DNA from: Glaucostegus cemiculus
Lineage: Eukaryota
Reading direction: 5' to 3'
NCBI GenBank assembly: GCA_976551045.1
Contig: CDPCPM010000030.1
Location: forward strand, 2,418,001 to 2,482,000
DNA: 64,000 nt
Positions 37,207 to 50,479 of the stretch are shown piece by piece. Under the pieces are notes generated by a model that worked only from the letters and a program-made list of their open reading frames with translations, was not told the origin of the DNA and searched no databases. The translations under genes and the position numbers were made by a program. Numbering within the stretch: position 1 is the stretch's first letter; every line of letters begins with the position of its first letter.

Positions 37207-37735
37207 ATAAATGGGATCTGGGTGTGAGAGCGCACGGAAGGCTTCACTGATGCTGACATCCAAGGTTGACAACCAGCGGCAAGGTTAACAATATCAATTT
37301 GTTCACTGGCATGGACATCCGGAAAAATAGGCTTGAGGGGATCACTGGATGAGCCCGGGATGATTTAATGTGTAGACGTTGGATGATGTGGCTCAAGGAT
37401 AGGAAATTCTATGTCGTGCCCGTGCGTGGGAATGCCCAATGGTTTGAGGCATAGCGAGACGGGTGGAAATACACTGGACATTTGATTCATGCGAATATTG
37501 GAGGGCACGTGGACGTTATTGACTTGAGGTGGCCTGGTGTGTTATGCAGTATGAGAAGGTATTCTAGGATTTGGGCATTAGAGAATGATGGGCCAATGAT
37601 GCAATGTTGAGTCTCTGTGGAATGTTTCATTCGTGGACAAATGACTGGGGTCAGTAATTGATGTCGTCCTTGATGGTCTTTGATTGTGGTGACACTGAGT
37701 GTTGGAGAGGTGAGTTAGAATGATGACTTGAGGGA

Positions 37736-38512
37736 ATCCTCTTATTCTTCCATCCCTGTAGATCGCCTTGGAGTTTTCCTTAATGCTTCCCACCAAGGCC
37801 TTCTCATATCCCCTTCTGGCTCTCCTAATCTCTTTCTTATGTTCCTTCATATTAGCCTTGTATTCTTCCAGATCACTAACATTACCTAGCTCCCTGTACC
37901 TTTTGTGCGCTTTTCTTTTCTCCTTAACTAGCTTTATGATAGCCTCCGTGCACCACGGTTCCCGCATCCTCTCACGACTTCCCTGTCTCAATGGAACATG
38001 TCTGTGAAGAGCTTCACGCAAATACCCCCTGAATATCTGCCACATATCTTCTGTACTTTTCCCAGAGAACATCTGCTCCCAATTTAGTCTTCCAATTTCT
38101 TACCTGAGGCCCTCATAATTCCCTCTACTCCAATTATACACTTTTCTAATGTGTCTGTTCCTATCTCTCTCCATTCCCAACATAAAGGAGATAGAATTAT
38201 GGTCACTATCACCAAAATGTTCTCCCACCGAGAGATCTGACACCTGACCAGGTTCATTACCCAGTACCAACTCCAACACAGCCTCTCTTCTCGTAGGACT
38301 GTCCACATACTGTGTCAAGAACCCTTCTTGAGCACACCTAACAAACTCCAGCCCATCTAAACCCCTCACCGTCTGGAGACGCCAGTCGACATTTGGGAAA
38401 TTAAAATACCCCATCACCACAACTCTATTATTCTCACATTTTTTCTAGGATCTTCCTCCCTATCTGCTCCCCAATAACACTGTCACTATCGGGCGGCCTA
38501 TAAAAAAACCCT
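37736..38512 (-). mobile_element. Internal CR1-like LINE ORF2 fragment (AP-endonuclease C-terminal half plus linker), no RT and no 3' tail
   Basis: Minus-strand motifs YRPP, MGYFNFPNVDW (GDFN), PTRREAVLELVLGNE, GDSDHNSI, then EPW...KKEIRRARRGYE. Confidence 0.9.
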
Positions 38513-38580
38513 ATATCCTTCTGACATAGGAGTGTTAGGAGGGTCGGATGCACTCTCGTGCCTCTGTTCCGTTATTCTAG

Positions 38581-38676
38581 AGATCAAAACTTCCCCAATG
38601 GAACAGCCGGGTGGATCATCAGCTGAAGAGCCCACACAGGAACCGTCCTCTGTCCCCTTGAGTGAAACAGCCTCAG
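38581..38676 (+). CDS. Exon B 96 nt EIKTSPMEQPGGSSAEEPTQEPSSVPLSETAS
   Basis: ttattctag| ... cag|gtgcta. Confidence 0.7.
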
Positions 38677-38830
38677 GTGCTAAATGTCCAGTGTCTAATG
38701 TTTCATACAATTTCTCTGATGCTCTGATATAGCACTTATTGCAGACTGATTCACCTTCGTGGCCTGCATTGCAGCAGGAGGTGAATGACGGTGTTGGATG
38801 TATTTCCCTCCCATCTGTGTCCATCGTCAG

Positions 38831-38869
38831 TAGTTACTGAGCTCTCCACGCTGGTCATTCAGCACCTTG
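38831..38869 (+). CDS. Candidate 39-nt exon D (VVTELSTLVIQHL)
   Basis: tcag| ... ttg|gtatga. Confidence 0.4.
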
Positions 38870-39984
38870 GTATGAGCTTCATACATGGGTCTTGGTGCGA
38901 CTTGTTGGCAGCCAGTGCAGCAGAAGGGAGACCTGAAGTTTGGTAACTGGGGAATTTGAGTGGTCACTGATGATGTGTCAGTCATCTTGAGGAGTAAGTG
39001 GGATCTGTGTGAGGAAGCGAACGGGAGACCTCACTGATGCTGACAGCCAATGTAGACAATGACAGGCAAGGTTATGAATATCAATTTGTTCACTGGCATG
39101 GATATCAGGAAATGTGGTCTTTAGGAGGACCACTGGCTGAGCCGAGGATGATTGAATGTGAGGTGTTTGGATGGCGTGGCTAAGGGATAGGAGACTGGTC
39201 GTCGTGTGGGTGCGCGGGCATACCTGCTGGATTGAGGCACAGGTGGACGGGGGAAGGACATTGGACACTTGTACTTAGGGAATACTGAAGGGTTCTTGGA
39301 GGGTATTGTCTTTCGGAAGCCTGGGGTATCTCGGAGTGTATGAATTGCTGGGGTATGAGAGAATGTTCTAGGATTTGGACATCGGATATGCGTATGAAAA
39401 AATGTTGAGTCTTTGGGGAAAGCATTTACAGTGGAGCATTTATAGTTGACTGGTGTCGGTTATTGTGGTTGTCTTTGTTGGTCTTTGTATGTGGTGACAC
39501 TGAATGTTGGAAAGGGTGAGGTAGAAAGGTGTTTTGAGGGAGAGGGTGTAACTGGGAGTGTGATGGGCAGACGTCGGTCGCAGCGGTTAACTGATGCAGT
39601 TTGGAGGGAATAATATCACCGGAAATGATTGAGGATGGCGTTTAAGTAACTGTGAAAGGATGGAAGGGCGAGATTGCTGTAGGGAAAGGAGATGCTCGAT
39701 CCAATATTGACCACAAACCCACCGGAGTCTGGAAACTCCGTTATCAGCAGTTTCGATCATTGAAGGGAACACGAATCCCCAAGTTCAGCCACAGTCCCTC
39801 CAGATCACAACTCTCAGTCATAGCCAGGTTCAGCTTCAGAGATTCGGAAGGGAGAGAAATTGAACCAAGATGCATGATGTTAGTTTTCCACAGATCCAGC
39901 CGGCTCTTCCCCAAACTCCTTTTCTACTCTGATTTTCCTGCTTTGCAGCTTCCAATCTCCCATGACTCTCTCCATTTATTACAG

Positions 39985-40072
39985 TCCCAGAGACATCCAA
40001 AAAGTAACAATCCGGAGGTTCACCCAATGCAGCATCAGCACAGGAGCCGTCTTCTATTCTAGAAGGAAACTC
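39985..40072 (+). pseudogene. Type A pseudo-exon, donor deleted
   Basis: Acceptor ttattacag intact; about 25 nt spanning tcag|gtaccaagac are missing (ggaaactcccatggggtcatt). Confidence 0.65.
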
Positions 40073-40193
40073 CCATGGGGTCATTCAGCAAGGTTGTGTC
40101 CTCGAAGCTCCTGTCAACCATACATTTGTTAGATGTGTCATTTCATCTTGACATGATGGATGGTATCATTTCCACCCCTGAATACAATTTCAG

Positions 40194-40217
40194 AAGTGCC
40201 TGAGACCCCTGAAATGG
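40194..40217 (+). CDS. Candidate 24-nt microexon M (EVPETPEM)
   Basis: tttcag| ... G|gtgagt (consensus donor). Confidence 0.5.
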
Positions 40218-40673
40218 GTGAGTGCACGTTCCGGAATGAGCAACCATGGGCAGAAGCTGGTGTAGATCACGAAGTTGTGGTCGGCCAGTGGACCAAGCAG
40301 GAGGACATAGACCTCAAGGGATAGAAAGTGGCCGGTGTGTGTGTTTGCAGTGCTCCTCTGGCAAGATTTACAAGACGAATTTATGCATTTCGGAGCTGTA
40401 CTGATTGGATTGACTGCAGGAAACATGTCCTGTTATCAGAAGTAAATACAGAGAACATAAATTCGGCAAGGGGTCAGATATTTAGAAGGGATTCCAGCAA
40501 GTGTCTCGGTATCTGGGAGCATGTTGGAGTGTGTGGGCCTTGGAGTACACTGGAGGTTAGGAAGAATGAAGTGCACTCTGGCTCTGAACATAAAAATGCC
40601 TCTGGATGTCTCTGTAACATCAGAGTGCAAGGAGGATCGGATGCACTCCCATGCCTTTATTCCTTTATTCCCG

Positions 40674-40769
40674 TCCTGAAGCCTTCCCCAATGAAACAGC
40701 CGAGTAGATCATCAACTGGAGAGCCCACACAAGAACCGTTCTCTGTCCACTTGAGTAAAGCACCTTCAG
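40674..40769 (+). pseudogene. Type B exon with dead acceptor
   Basis: tttattcccg in place of tttattccag; frame open, donor intact. Confidence 0.55.
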
Positions 40770-42020
40770 GTACTAAGTCTTGAGTGTCTAATGTTCATTA
40801 CAAATCTCTGATGCTGTGATATAGCAATTATTGCAGAGTTATTCACCTTCGTGGACCGTCTGTCCCTATGTTCAGCTGCATCTGAGGTCTCCAAGGTGGT
40901 CATGTAGCTCCTTGATATGAGCCTCATTCATGTGTCTCGGTGAGATTTGTTGTCAGCCCGGGCAGCAGAACTGAGACCAGAGGTTTTGTAACTGGGGAAT
41001 TTGAGTGGTGATGTTTCAGTCAACCTGCAGAATAAATGCGATCTGGATGAGGGAGCGGACGGGAAGGCTTCACTGATTCTGACGGCCAATGTTGATAACC
41101 AGAGACAAGGTTATGAATATCAATTTGTTCACTGGCATGGAAATCAGGAAATATGGGCTTTAGTGGATCACTGGCTGAGCCCGAGATGATTGAATGTGTG
41201 GACGTTGGATGGTGTGGCTGAGGGATAGGAGATTGTTAGTCGTGCCGGTGCGTGGGAATGCCTAGTGGTTTGAGGCATAGCTAGATGGGTGGAAATACAC
41301 TGGACGTTTTATTTATGCGCATATTAGAGGGCACCTGGACGTTATTGACTTTCGGAGGCCTGGTGTGTTATGCAGTGTATGAATTATTGCAGTATGCGAA
41401 GGTATTCTAGGATTTGGGCATTAGAGAATGATGTGCCAATGCAGAAATGTTGAGTCTCTGGAATATTTCAGTCGTGGACAAATGACTGGGCTCAGTAATT
41501 GAGGTTGCCTTTGGTGGTCTTTGAGTGTGGTGACACTGAGTGTTGGAGAGCAGAGGTATAATGATGACTTGAGGGAGAGGATGAAGCTGGGAGTATGATG
41601 GACAGAATTAGGTCAGAGCGGTGGACTGGTGGAGATGAGATGAATAATTACTCAGGAAATGATTGAGGAAGGTTGTAGGGATCTCTGACAGGATGGGGTA
41701 GAGAGATTGTGGAGAAAGGAGGTACCCCGTCCCTGATTGAACACAAACCCACCAGATTCTGCAAGCTCCGCTATCAGCAGTGTCGAACATTGATGGGAAC
41801 ACTAATCCCCAAGTTCAGGCACTGAAGCTGAACCTGAACCTAGCTGTGACTGAGGGGAGTGATCTGGAGATTCAGTGCTTCGGAAGGGAGAGATGTTGAA
41901 CGGAGATATATGATGTTGGTTCCACCAAAGATCCAATCCCCTCTTCCCAAACTGCTTTCCCACTCTGATTGTACTGCTTTGCTGCTTCCAATCTCCCATA
42001 TCTCTCTTCGTTTATTCCAG

Positions 42021-42116
42021 TCCCAAAGACTTCCACAAGGGAACAATCCGGAGGATCATCCAATGAAGCATCATCACAGAATCCGTCTTCTAACCCAGCA
42101 GGAAACAGGACCTCAG
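42021..42116 (+). CDS. Exon A 96 nt VPKTSTREQSGGSSNEASSQNPSSNPAGNRTS
   Basis: tttattccag| ... cag|gtacca. Confidence 0.75.
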
Positions 42117-42758
42117 GTACCAAGATGACGTCAATGAGGTCATTTAGCAAGGCAGTGGCTTCGAAGCTCCTGTCAGCCATGCATTTGTTGTATGTGCATT
42201 TCAGTATGACCTGATTGATGGTGTTATTTCCACACCTACTGCCAACTTCAGAAGTGCCTGACATCTCTGGAAACGGAAGGTACATGGGCAACCATGAACG
42301 GAAGCTGGTGTAGATCACGATGTTGATGTGGGCCAGTCGATCGTGCAGGAGGACTGAGACATTGTGTTTGTATTCATGGGATGGAAAGTGGCCGGTGTGT
42401 GTGTTTGAAGTGACTTTCAGACAGCATTCACAAGACTAATTTCTTAATTTTTGAGCAGTACTGATTGGTGTGACTGCAGGAAACAAGTCCTGTTATGAGA
42501 AGTGAATACAGGGATATCAATTGGGTAAGATTTCATATATTTTGAAGGTATTCCAGCAAAATGTCTGCACACCAGCGCACGCTTGGAATATGAGTATCAG
42601 GGAGCATGTTGGAGTGTCTGTTCTTTGGAGCACCCAGGGTGTTAGGAAAAGTTGTGTGCACTCAGGCTATGAACATCATAGGACACTTGGGTATCCCTGT
42701 GACAGAGGAGTGTAAGGAGGGTCGGATGCACTCCCATGTCTCTGCTCCGTTATTCCAG

Positions 42759-42854
42759 AACTGAAAACTTCCCCAATGGAACAGCCGAGTGGGTCATCAT
42801 CCGAAGAGCCCTCACAGGAACCGTCCTCCGTCCCCTTGAGTGAGAAAGCCTCAG
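42759..42854 (+). pseudogene. Type B exon with dead donor
   Basis: cag|gaacga (GT>GA); acceptor intact, frame open. Confidence 0.55.
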
Positions 42855-44128
42855 GAACGAAGTCGTGTGTGTTTGATTTTTCATACAATCTCTCCGATGC
42901 TGTGATATAATGCAGACTGATTCAATTTCGTGGCCGGCATTGCCGCTGGGTGGTACATGACGGTTCTGGTTGTTTATTTCTCCACTCTGTGCCGATCTTC
43001 AGTATCGTCTAAGGTCTCCGCGCCTGTCAATCAGCACCTTGGCAGGAGCCTCATTCATAGGATTGAATGAGATTGGTTGACAACCAGAGCAACAGATTTT
43101 CGACCTGAGCTTTGGTAACTGTGGGAATATAAGTGGTCACTAAGGTGTGTTTATCTGAGTTTCAGAAATGAATCGGATCTGGGTGAGCGAGCGGACGGGA
43201 GTCTCAACTGGTGCTGAGAGCCAGGGTTGACAACCAGCTGAACGTCAATGAACTTCATTTTGTTCACTGGCATAGCCAACAGGAAATGTGGGGATGGTGG
43301 TTCACTTGTCGAGCCTGCGCTGATTGAATCTGAGGTATTACAGTTGGGTGGCTGAGGGATAGGAGACTCGTCATTTTGTGGGTGGGGCCAAGTATACCTG
43401 GTGATTTGAGGCACAGAGGGTTCGGTGGGTTACACTGGACATTTGGACCTTGAGAATTTTAGAGGCTACGTTGAGGCTGTTGAATTTGTCGGCGGCTGGG
43501 TATAAGGGAGATTATGAACTGTTGCGGTATGAGATGGTGTGTTGAATTTGAGCCTCAGAGGATGATCGAGGTTTGAAGCAATTCTGAGTCTTTCCTCAAA
43601 GCTTGTGTCGTGGGGAAATGACTGTGGTCAGGAACTGTGGGTGGCTTTGCTGGACATTGCAGTTAGATGCACAATTGGTGTTGGAGAGGGTGAAGCCGAT
43701 TGATGAGTGGAGGGAATGTGCGTAACTGGGAGAGTGATTGACTGACTGAGATCGGAGATGAGGACAGGGAGAAATGAGAGGGACAGAGAATCATGGAATG
43801 ATTGAGGAAGGACAGGTGGGAAATGTGACAGGACAGAGAGCAGAGGCTGCTGTAGAGAGAGTCACTATCACTGATTGACAGAAAACCCACCAGCGTCTGC
43901 AGCTCTGATATCAGCAGCGTGGATCATTGAAAGGAACACAGATTCCCATGTTCTGTCATTGAAACCGAACCTGTCTGTGAGTGAGAGGAGTGATCTGGAG
44001 TGACAGAGCTACGGAAGCGAGAGTTATTGAACGGAGACGCATGACGTTTGTTTTTCCACAGACCCAGTCCCCACTCACCCAAACTCCTGTTGGTTCCAAT
44101 TGTCCATATCTTTCTTCTGTTATTCCAG

Positions 44129-44224
44129 TCACAGCGGGTTCGAAAAGGGAAACATCCGATGGATCAGCGAATGGAGAATCAACACAGGAACCGTCACCCA
44201 TCCCAGCAGGAGACACGTCCTCAG
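44129..44224 (+). CDS. Exon A 96 nt VTAGSKRETSDGSANGESTQEPSPIPAGDTSS
   Basis: ttattccag| ... cag|gtatta. Confidence 0.75.
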
Positions 44225-44440
44225 GTATTAAGACTTATGTCAATGTCGTCAATCAGCAAAGGTGTGGCCTCGAAGCTCCTGTGAACCATTCAACTGTTTC
44301 ATCTGCATTTCAGCCGGACATGATTGATGGTGTTATTTCTTTCCCCTGCTGCCAATTTCAGAAGTGCCTGAGACCTATAAAAAAGGGCGGGTTCTCTGAC
44401 CCTGAATAGGCAGCTTTGGATAGAATCTGGTGTAATTCAA

Positions 44441-44533
44441 AGCCCAGTAATTTCTAGTGTAGGGATATGTTCGGCACAGATTTGTGGGCGATGGTCCTGA
44501 ATTGTGCTGTAATTCTTCTATGTTCTATATTCT
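44441..44533 (+). mobile_element. ~90-bp 3' tail fragment of a CR1-like LINE or partner SINE
   Basis: Absent from other units; ttcggcacag..ttgtgggcgatggtcctg..ttgtgctgta followed by a (TTCTATG)-like tail. Confidence 0.7.
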
Positions 44534-44690
44534 AAGATGTGATGATTTGTCAGTTTACCGATAAGGAGGACTGAGAACTGGTGTTTGTCCTCAAGGCATG
44601 GAAAGCGGCCGAGGACTGTGTTTGGTGTGACTTTAAGGCAGGATTTACAAGGGTTGCATGCACTTCCATGCCTCTTTTCCTTTATTCCAG

Positions 44691-44786
44691 TCCTGAAGAC
44701 TTCCCCTATAGAACAGCCGAGTGGATCATCAACTGGAGCGCCCAAGCAGGAAACGTCCTCTGTCCCCTTGAGTGAGACAGACTCAG
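44691..44786 (+). CDS. Exon B 96 nt VLKTSPIEQPSGSSTGAPKQETSSVPLSETDS
   Basis: tttattccag| ... cag|gtactg. Confidence 0.75.
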
Positions 44787-45173
44787 GTACTGTCATGATT
44801 GTCTGATATTTCATACAATCTCTCTGATACTGTGATCTAGCACTTATTGCAGACTGATTCGACTTCCTGCCGTGCATTGCAGCAAGGAGGTGAATAACGG
44901 TGTTGGTTGTTTATCTCTCCCTCCTGTTCCCATCTTCAGTAGTAACTGAGGTGTCCACGGTGATCTTAGCAACTTAGTATGAGCCTCATACATGGGTCTA
45001 GATGAGTCTTATTGGCAGCCAGAACAGCAAATCTGAGACCTTCCGATTGGTAATTGGGGCAATTTGGGGAATTTCCAATCAATTCAGGTGTAAATGTTAT
45101 CTGGGTGAGATAGCGGAAGGGAGACTTCACTGATATTCACAATCAAGCTTGACAACCAGCATCAGGTTTATCA

Positions 45174-45287
45174 CAAGATCACAAGATCACAAGCTAATGG
45201 AGCAGAAGCAGGCCAGTCGGCCCATCGAGTCTGCTCCAAAGGGAAGGAAGGGTGGGGAAAAAAGAGGTTAAGGGAAAAAAAAAACAA
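45174..45287 (-). mobile_element. Short 3' fragment of a CR1-like LINE with (GATCTTGT)n tail
   Basis: (acaagatc)n then ggagcagaagcaggccagtcggcccatcgagtctgctcc, the same 3' end as the 47686 element; TSD TATCA at 45169-45173 and 45288-45292. Confidence 0.85.
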
Positions 45288-46192
45288 TATCAATATCAAT
45301 ATGTTCAAATGCATGGATATCAGGAAATGTGGGATTTAGGGGATCACTTGCGCAGTCTGGGATGATAGGACGTGAGGAATTTGGATGTGAAGGCTGAGGG
45401 ATAGGAGACTGGTCATCCTGTGGTTGCGCGAGTAGCCTTGTGGTTTCAAGCACAGATGGAGGGGAGGAAATGAACTGGAGAATTGAATTGTGCGAAGATG
45501 TGAGTGTACGTAGAAGTTATTGTCATTAGGACACCTGGGGTGTTCTGGCGTCTATGAATCGTTGGGCGCTCCGAAGCTTTCTAGCATTTGGACATCAGAG
45601 AATGGTGTGGGGAGGAAGCAATGAGGCGTCTTTATGCGAAGCTTGTGTCGTGGAGAAATGACTGGTGTCACTAATTGAGTTTGTCTTTGGTGGCCTTTGA
45701 GTCTAGTGGCACTGAGTGTTGGAGAGGGTGAGGGAAAATGATGACTTGAGGGAGTGAAACTGGGAGTGTGATGGACAGACTTCGGTTAGAGAGGAGGACT
45801 AATGAAGATGAGAGGCAATAATTACTCAGGAAATGACTGAGGAAGGTGGGGCGGTAACTGTGACAGGTTGGAGGGGAGAGATTGCTGTGGAGGCAGGAGA
45901 GACACGGTCCCTGATTCACCATAAACCCACCAGAATCTACAAGCTCTTGTATCAGCAGTGTGAAACATTGAAGTGAACACGAATCCCCAAGTTCAGGCAC
46001 TAAAGCTGAACCTGGCTGTGACAGAGAGGCGTGACCTGGAGGGAGAGAGCTTCTGAAAGGAGAGGTATTGAACTGAGATGCATGATGTTGGTTTCTCCAC
46101 AGATCCAGCCGCCTCCTTACCTTACACTTTCCCAGTCTGATTGTCATGCATTGCAGCCTCCTGTCTCCCATGCCTTTCTTCCTTTATTCCAG

Positions 46193-46288
46193 TCATAGAG
46201 ACTTCGAAAATTGAACAATCTGGAGGTCCATCCAATGAAATATCAGCACAGGAGGCGTCATCTGTCCCAGCAGGGAACACGTCTTCAG
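46193..46288 (+). CDS. Exon A 96 nt VIETSKIEQSGGPSNEISAQEASSVPAGNTSS
   Basis: tttattccag| ... cag|gtacca. Confidence 0.75.
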
Positions 46289-46424
46289 GTACCAAGATAT
46301 ATGTCAATGTGGTCATTCAGCAAGGATGTGGCCTAGAAACTCCAGAGAATAATGAATTTGTTAAATGTGCATTTTAGCGTGACACGATGCATGGTGTCAG
46401 ATCCACCCCTGCTGCTAATCTCAG

Positions 46425-46448
46425 AAGAGCTTGAGACCTCTGAAAACG
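46425..46448 (+). CDS. Candidate 24-nt microexon M (EELETSEN)
   Basis: tctcag| ... |gtgggt. Confidence 0.4.
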
Positions 46449-46939
46449 GTGGGTGCACTTTCCTAAATTCCGCAAGCATTGACAGAGGCTGTCGTAGATG
46501 GCGACGAGGAGGTGGGCCAGTGGACCGAGCAGGAGGACTGAGACCTCGTGTTTGTAGTCAAGAGATAGAAAGTGTCGGGTGTGTGTGTTTGACGTGATTT
46601 TCAGGCAGGATTTACAAGACTAATTTATAAAAATATGTGTGGTACTGATTGGTGTGACTGCAGGAAACATATCTTTTTGTCAGAAATGAATGTAGAGGAC
46701 TTCGGTTCGGCATGGTTTCAGATATTCCGGATTCCAGCAAGAGGTCTGCACCCAAGAGGACACTTGGAGTATATGGGTGTAAGGGTGCATTTTGGAGTGT
46801 CAGGGCATTGGAGTACACTGGAGGTGAGGAAGCATGGGGTGGACTCTTGCTCTGAAGTAGGAGGGATTTGGATGTCCCTGTGACATCAGACTGCAGGGAG
46901 GGACGGATACACTTCTCTGCCTCTTTCCCTTTATTCCAG

Positions 46940-47035
46940 ACCACAGGACACCCCTAATGGAACAGCCAAATGAATCGTCAATTGGAGAGCCCACGCAGGA
47001 ACCGTCCTCTGTGCCCTTGAGTGAGACAGACTCAG
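46940..47035 (+). CDS. Exon B 96 nt DHRTPLMEQPNESSIGEPTQEPSSVPLSETDS
   Basis: tttattccag| ... cag|gtacta. Confidence 0.75.
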
Positions 47036-47685
47036 GTACTAAGTCTTGAATGCCTGATCTTTAGTACAATCTCTCTGAAGTTCTGAAAAAGCATTTATTG
47101 CAGACTCATTCACGTTCGTGGGGTGCATTGCGCAGGGAGGTGAATGGCGGTGTTCATTGTTCATCTCTCCCCTTTGTGCCTATCTTCAGCAGCATCTGAA
47201 TGTCTCCATTCAAAACTTTGGTATCAGCGTCATTCATGAGTCCAGATGAGATTGGTTTCAGGCAGTGCAGCAGAACTTAGACCTGAGGTTTGTTATCTAA
47301 GGAAATAAGAGTGAGGATTTTTCAATCAACTTCGGGAATAAATGGTGTTTGGCTGAGGGAGCGGACAGGAGGCTCCACTGATACAGACAGCCACGGTTGA
47401 CAAACAGAGGAACGTTTTGAATATTAATGTTTTCACTGAATTGGATATCAGGAAATGAGGGCTTTAGGGGATCATTGGCTGAGCCTCGGTTGATTGAATT
47501 TGAGGAGTTTTGACGGTGTAGCTGAGGGATAGAAGACTGTTCATCGTGTGGGTGCGCGGGGATGCCTAATGGTTTTAGGCACAGATGGAGATGTGGAAAT
47601 ACACTTCAACTGTGGGATTATTAGAGGGTACATGGAGGTTATAGACTTTAGGACGCCTGATGTATCATGGAGTGTATGAGTTGTT

Positions 47686-50479
47686 CACAAGATCACAAGA
47701 CAAGGGAGCAGAAGTACGCCATTCGGACTATCGAGTCTGCTCCACATGGAAAGATTTTTTTTTTTTCCGGGAAGAACAAATAACTTATTCTATCACCAAG
47801 ACACGGATGTATCTCCGTATCTCTTGATACCTTGAATAATTGGTTATATATCTGGCTTCTCGTAAAACACCACCATCCGGCCTCCACTGCTTTCTGTGGC
47901 AAGGAATTCCATAACTTCAGAACCTTGTTTTAAGCCATTTCTCGTCATCCCTGTTTTAGAACAGTGCCCTCTAATTCTAGGATTGTGCTCTCTGGTCCTG
48001 GAATCACCCACCAAGGGAAACAGCCAAATCTATTCTGTTCAGTCCTTTCAACGTTTTAAATGTTCCTAAGAGGTTCCCCCCTCACTCTTCTGTACTCCAG
48101 CGAGTACAGTTCAAGTGCAGATGGACGCTCATCATATGTCAGCCTTTAAACCCAGGAATCATCCTCCTGAATCTCTTCTGAATCCTTTCCAACATCAACA
48201 CATCATTCCGAAGATATAGGGCGAAATAACTGTACACTGTATTCCAAATGAGGCCTCATCAGTGCCCCGTATATTACTCATCAACACTTCCTTGCTTTTA
48301 TACATTATAACCCTCGAAATGAATGCAAACGTAGCATTCGCTTTCCTTACCGCCGGTCCGACCTGCTGGTTAACTTTTAGGTTATCCGATACGAGTACAC
48401 CCAAGTCCCTTTGTACTTCTGTACTTTGATTTTTTTCTCGCTCTAGATAATAATCTGCCCGATTATTTCTGTTTCCAAAATGTACAACTGAACATTTCTC
48501 AACATTGTATCTCATCTGCCATTTCCTCGCCCAATCTCCTGGACTAGCTGAGGCTCTCTGAATCTTTCCTGTTTCTTCAATACTCGCCACTACTCCACCT
48601 ATCTAAGTATCATCCGCAAACTTGGACAGAAAACCATTGACTCCATCATCTAAGTAGTTAATGTACAGGGTAACAAGTAGCATTCCCAAAACCAACCCCT
48701 GCCTAACACCCAAGAAAGCGGCAGCCAACCAGAACAGAATGCTTTTCTTCCCATCCTCTGCTTTCTGCCAACCAACCAACGCTTCACTCGTTCTATTATC
48801 ATACCAGTTATTCCGTGACCACTCATCTTATTAATCAGTCCCTTGTGTGGCACCTTGTCGAATGCCTTCTGAAAGTCCAAATGCACGACATCTACCGCCT
48901 CTCCCTTATCCACCAGACCTGAGATTTCTTCAAAAATCTCCAATTAGATGGTCAGGCAGAATCTTCCCTTCACGAAACCATGTTGGCTTGGACCTATCTT
49001 GCCTTGCACCTCTAGGTATTCCATCACCTGGTCCTTGAGGATCGATTCAAATAACATTCCCACCACAGACGTAAGACTGATAGGTCTGTAATTTACTTTA
49101 TGCTGTCTCCCACCTTTCCTATACAGCAAAACTACATTTGCGACACTCGAGTACTCCGGAACCACGCTGGAGTCTCTCGATTCCTGAATATTATCACCAA
49201 TGCCTCCGCTATCTCTAAAGACACTTCCTTCAGTACCGGGGATGTACCTCATCCCGTCGTGGAGACTTATCAGTCTTTAGCACATTCAGCTTCCCCAACA
49301 CATTCTGTCTCGTAATCTTAACTGAACTCAGTTCCATCCCTTGAGGCCTTTGACACACGGGATATTGCTGATGTCCTCCACTTGCATCGGTCTTCACGGT
49401 CTCTTTATCAACTCTTTATCAAGCATCTCTTAATCAACTATTATAATCTCTCCCGCAACATTGTCTACTGGTCCAAGATAAACCCTCGTCTCTCTTGTAC
49501 TCCTATAATATATTAAAAAAAAAATATCCTTCCGAATAGTTACTGTCAACTTATTTTCATTATTCCTCTTTTCTTTCCTCATGAACTTCTTAGTTTCTTT
49601 CTGTTGGTTTTTAAAAGTTTCCCAGCCTTCTGTTTTCCCACTACTTTTTGCTTCCTTGTGTGCCCTCCCTTTTATTCTTATTTTAGCCTTCACCTCTCTC
49701 CTTATCCCCATTTTTGTCTTATTTCCATTCAAAACATTTTTTTTTCTTGGAATATACCTATCCTGCATTTTCCTTGCTTCTTGTGGAAATTCCATCCATT
49801 TCTGTTCTGCCGTCCTTCCAGATAGCTTACATTTGAGCCAGCTACTCTCCCATCCTACTGTGATTCCCCTTGTTCCACTGAAATATCAACGCTCCAGTTA
49901 TCAGCTTCTCTTTCTCAAAATTAAAACTGAACTCAATCATATTGTGATAACTGGTTCCGAATGCTTCCTTTACCTTCAGTTCCCTAATCACCTCCGGTTC
50001 ATTACACAGCCCTCAATCCAAAACAGCCGATACCCTGGTGGGCTCATCAACCAGTTGTTCCAGAAACCTTCCCGTAGACCTTCTGCAAAATCACTCTCCC
50101 CAGAACCGCTGCCTCGCTGGATTTTCCAGTGCACCTCCATGTTAACATCTCCCATAATTATCATAACATTGTCAATCTGATATGCTTTTTCTACCTCTAA
50201 CTGCAACTTATGATCTACTTCCTGGCTATTATTAGGGGGCCTATATATAACTGCTACTACTGCCCTCTTGCTCTTGCAGTTCCTTAACTCCACCCATATG
50301 GATTCTACCTCTTCTGACCCAATGCCCTTCCTTTCTATTGATTTTATATAATTACTAAACATCATGGCCACACCACCCCCTCTGCCAACCCGACTATCCT
50401 TCCTGTACACTGTGTACCCCTGGACACTGAGTTCCCAATCACATTCGTCAGAAAGCCACGACTCAGTGATTGCCCAGAG
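47686..50479 (-). mobile_element. Degenerate 5'-truncated CR1-like LINE (ORF2 endonuclease + reverse transcriptase + 3' UTR), ~2.8 kb
   Basis: Minus-strand motifs ITESW, YRKDSRVGRGGGVA, IYRPP, MGDVN (EN); NYRPISLTS, QHGF, LDFQKAFDKV, KFADD at ~48610-48623 (RT); RDLGV. Many frameshifts; (GATCTTGT)n tail at ~47686-47700. Confidence 0.95.
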
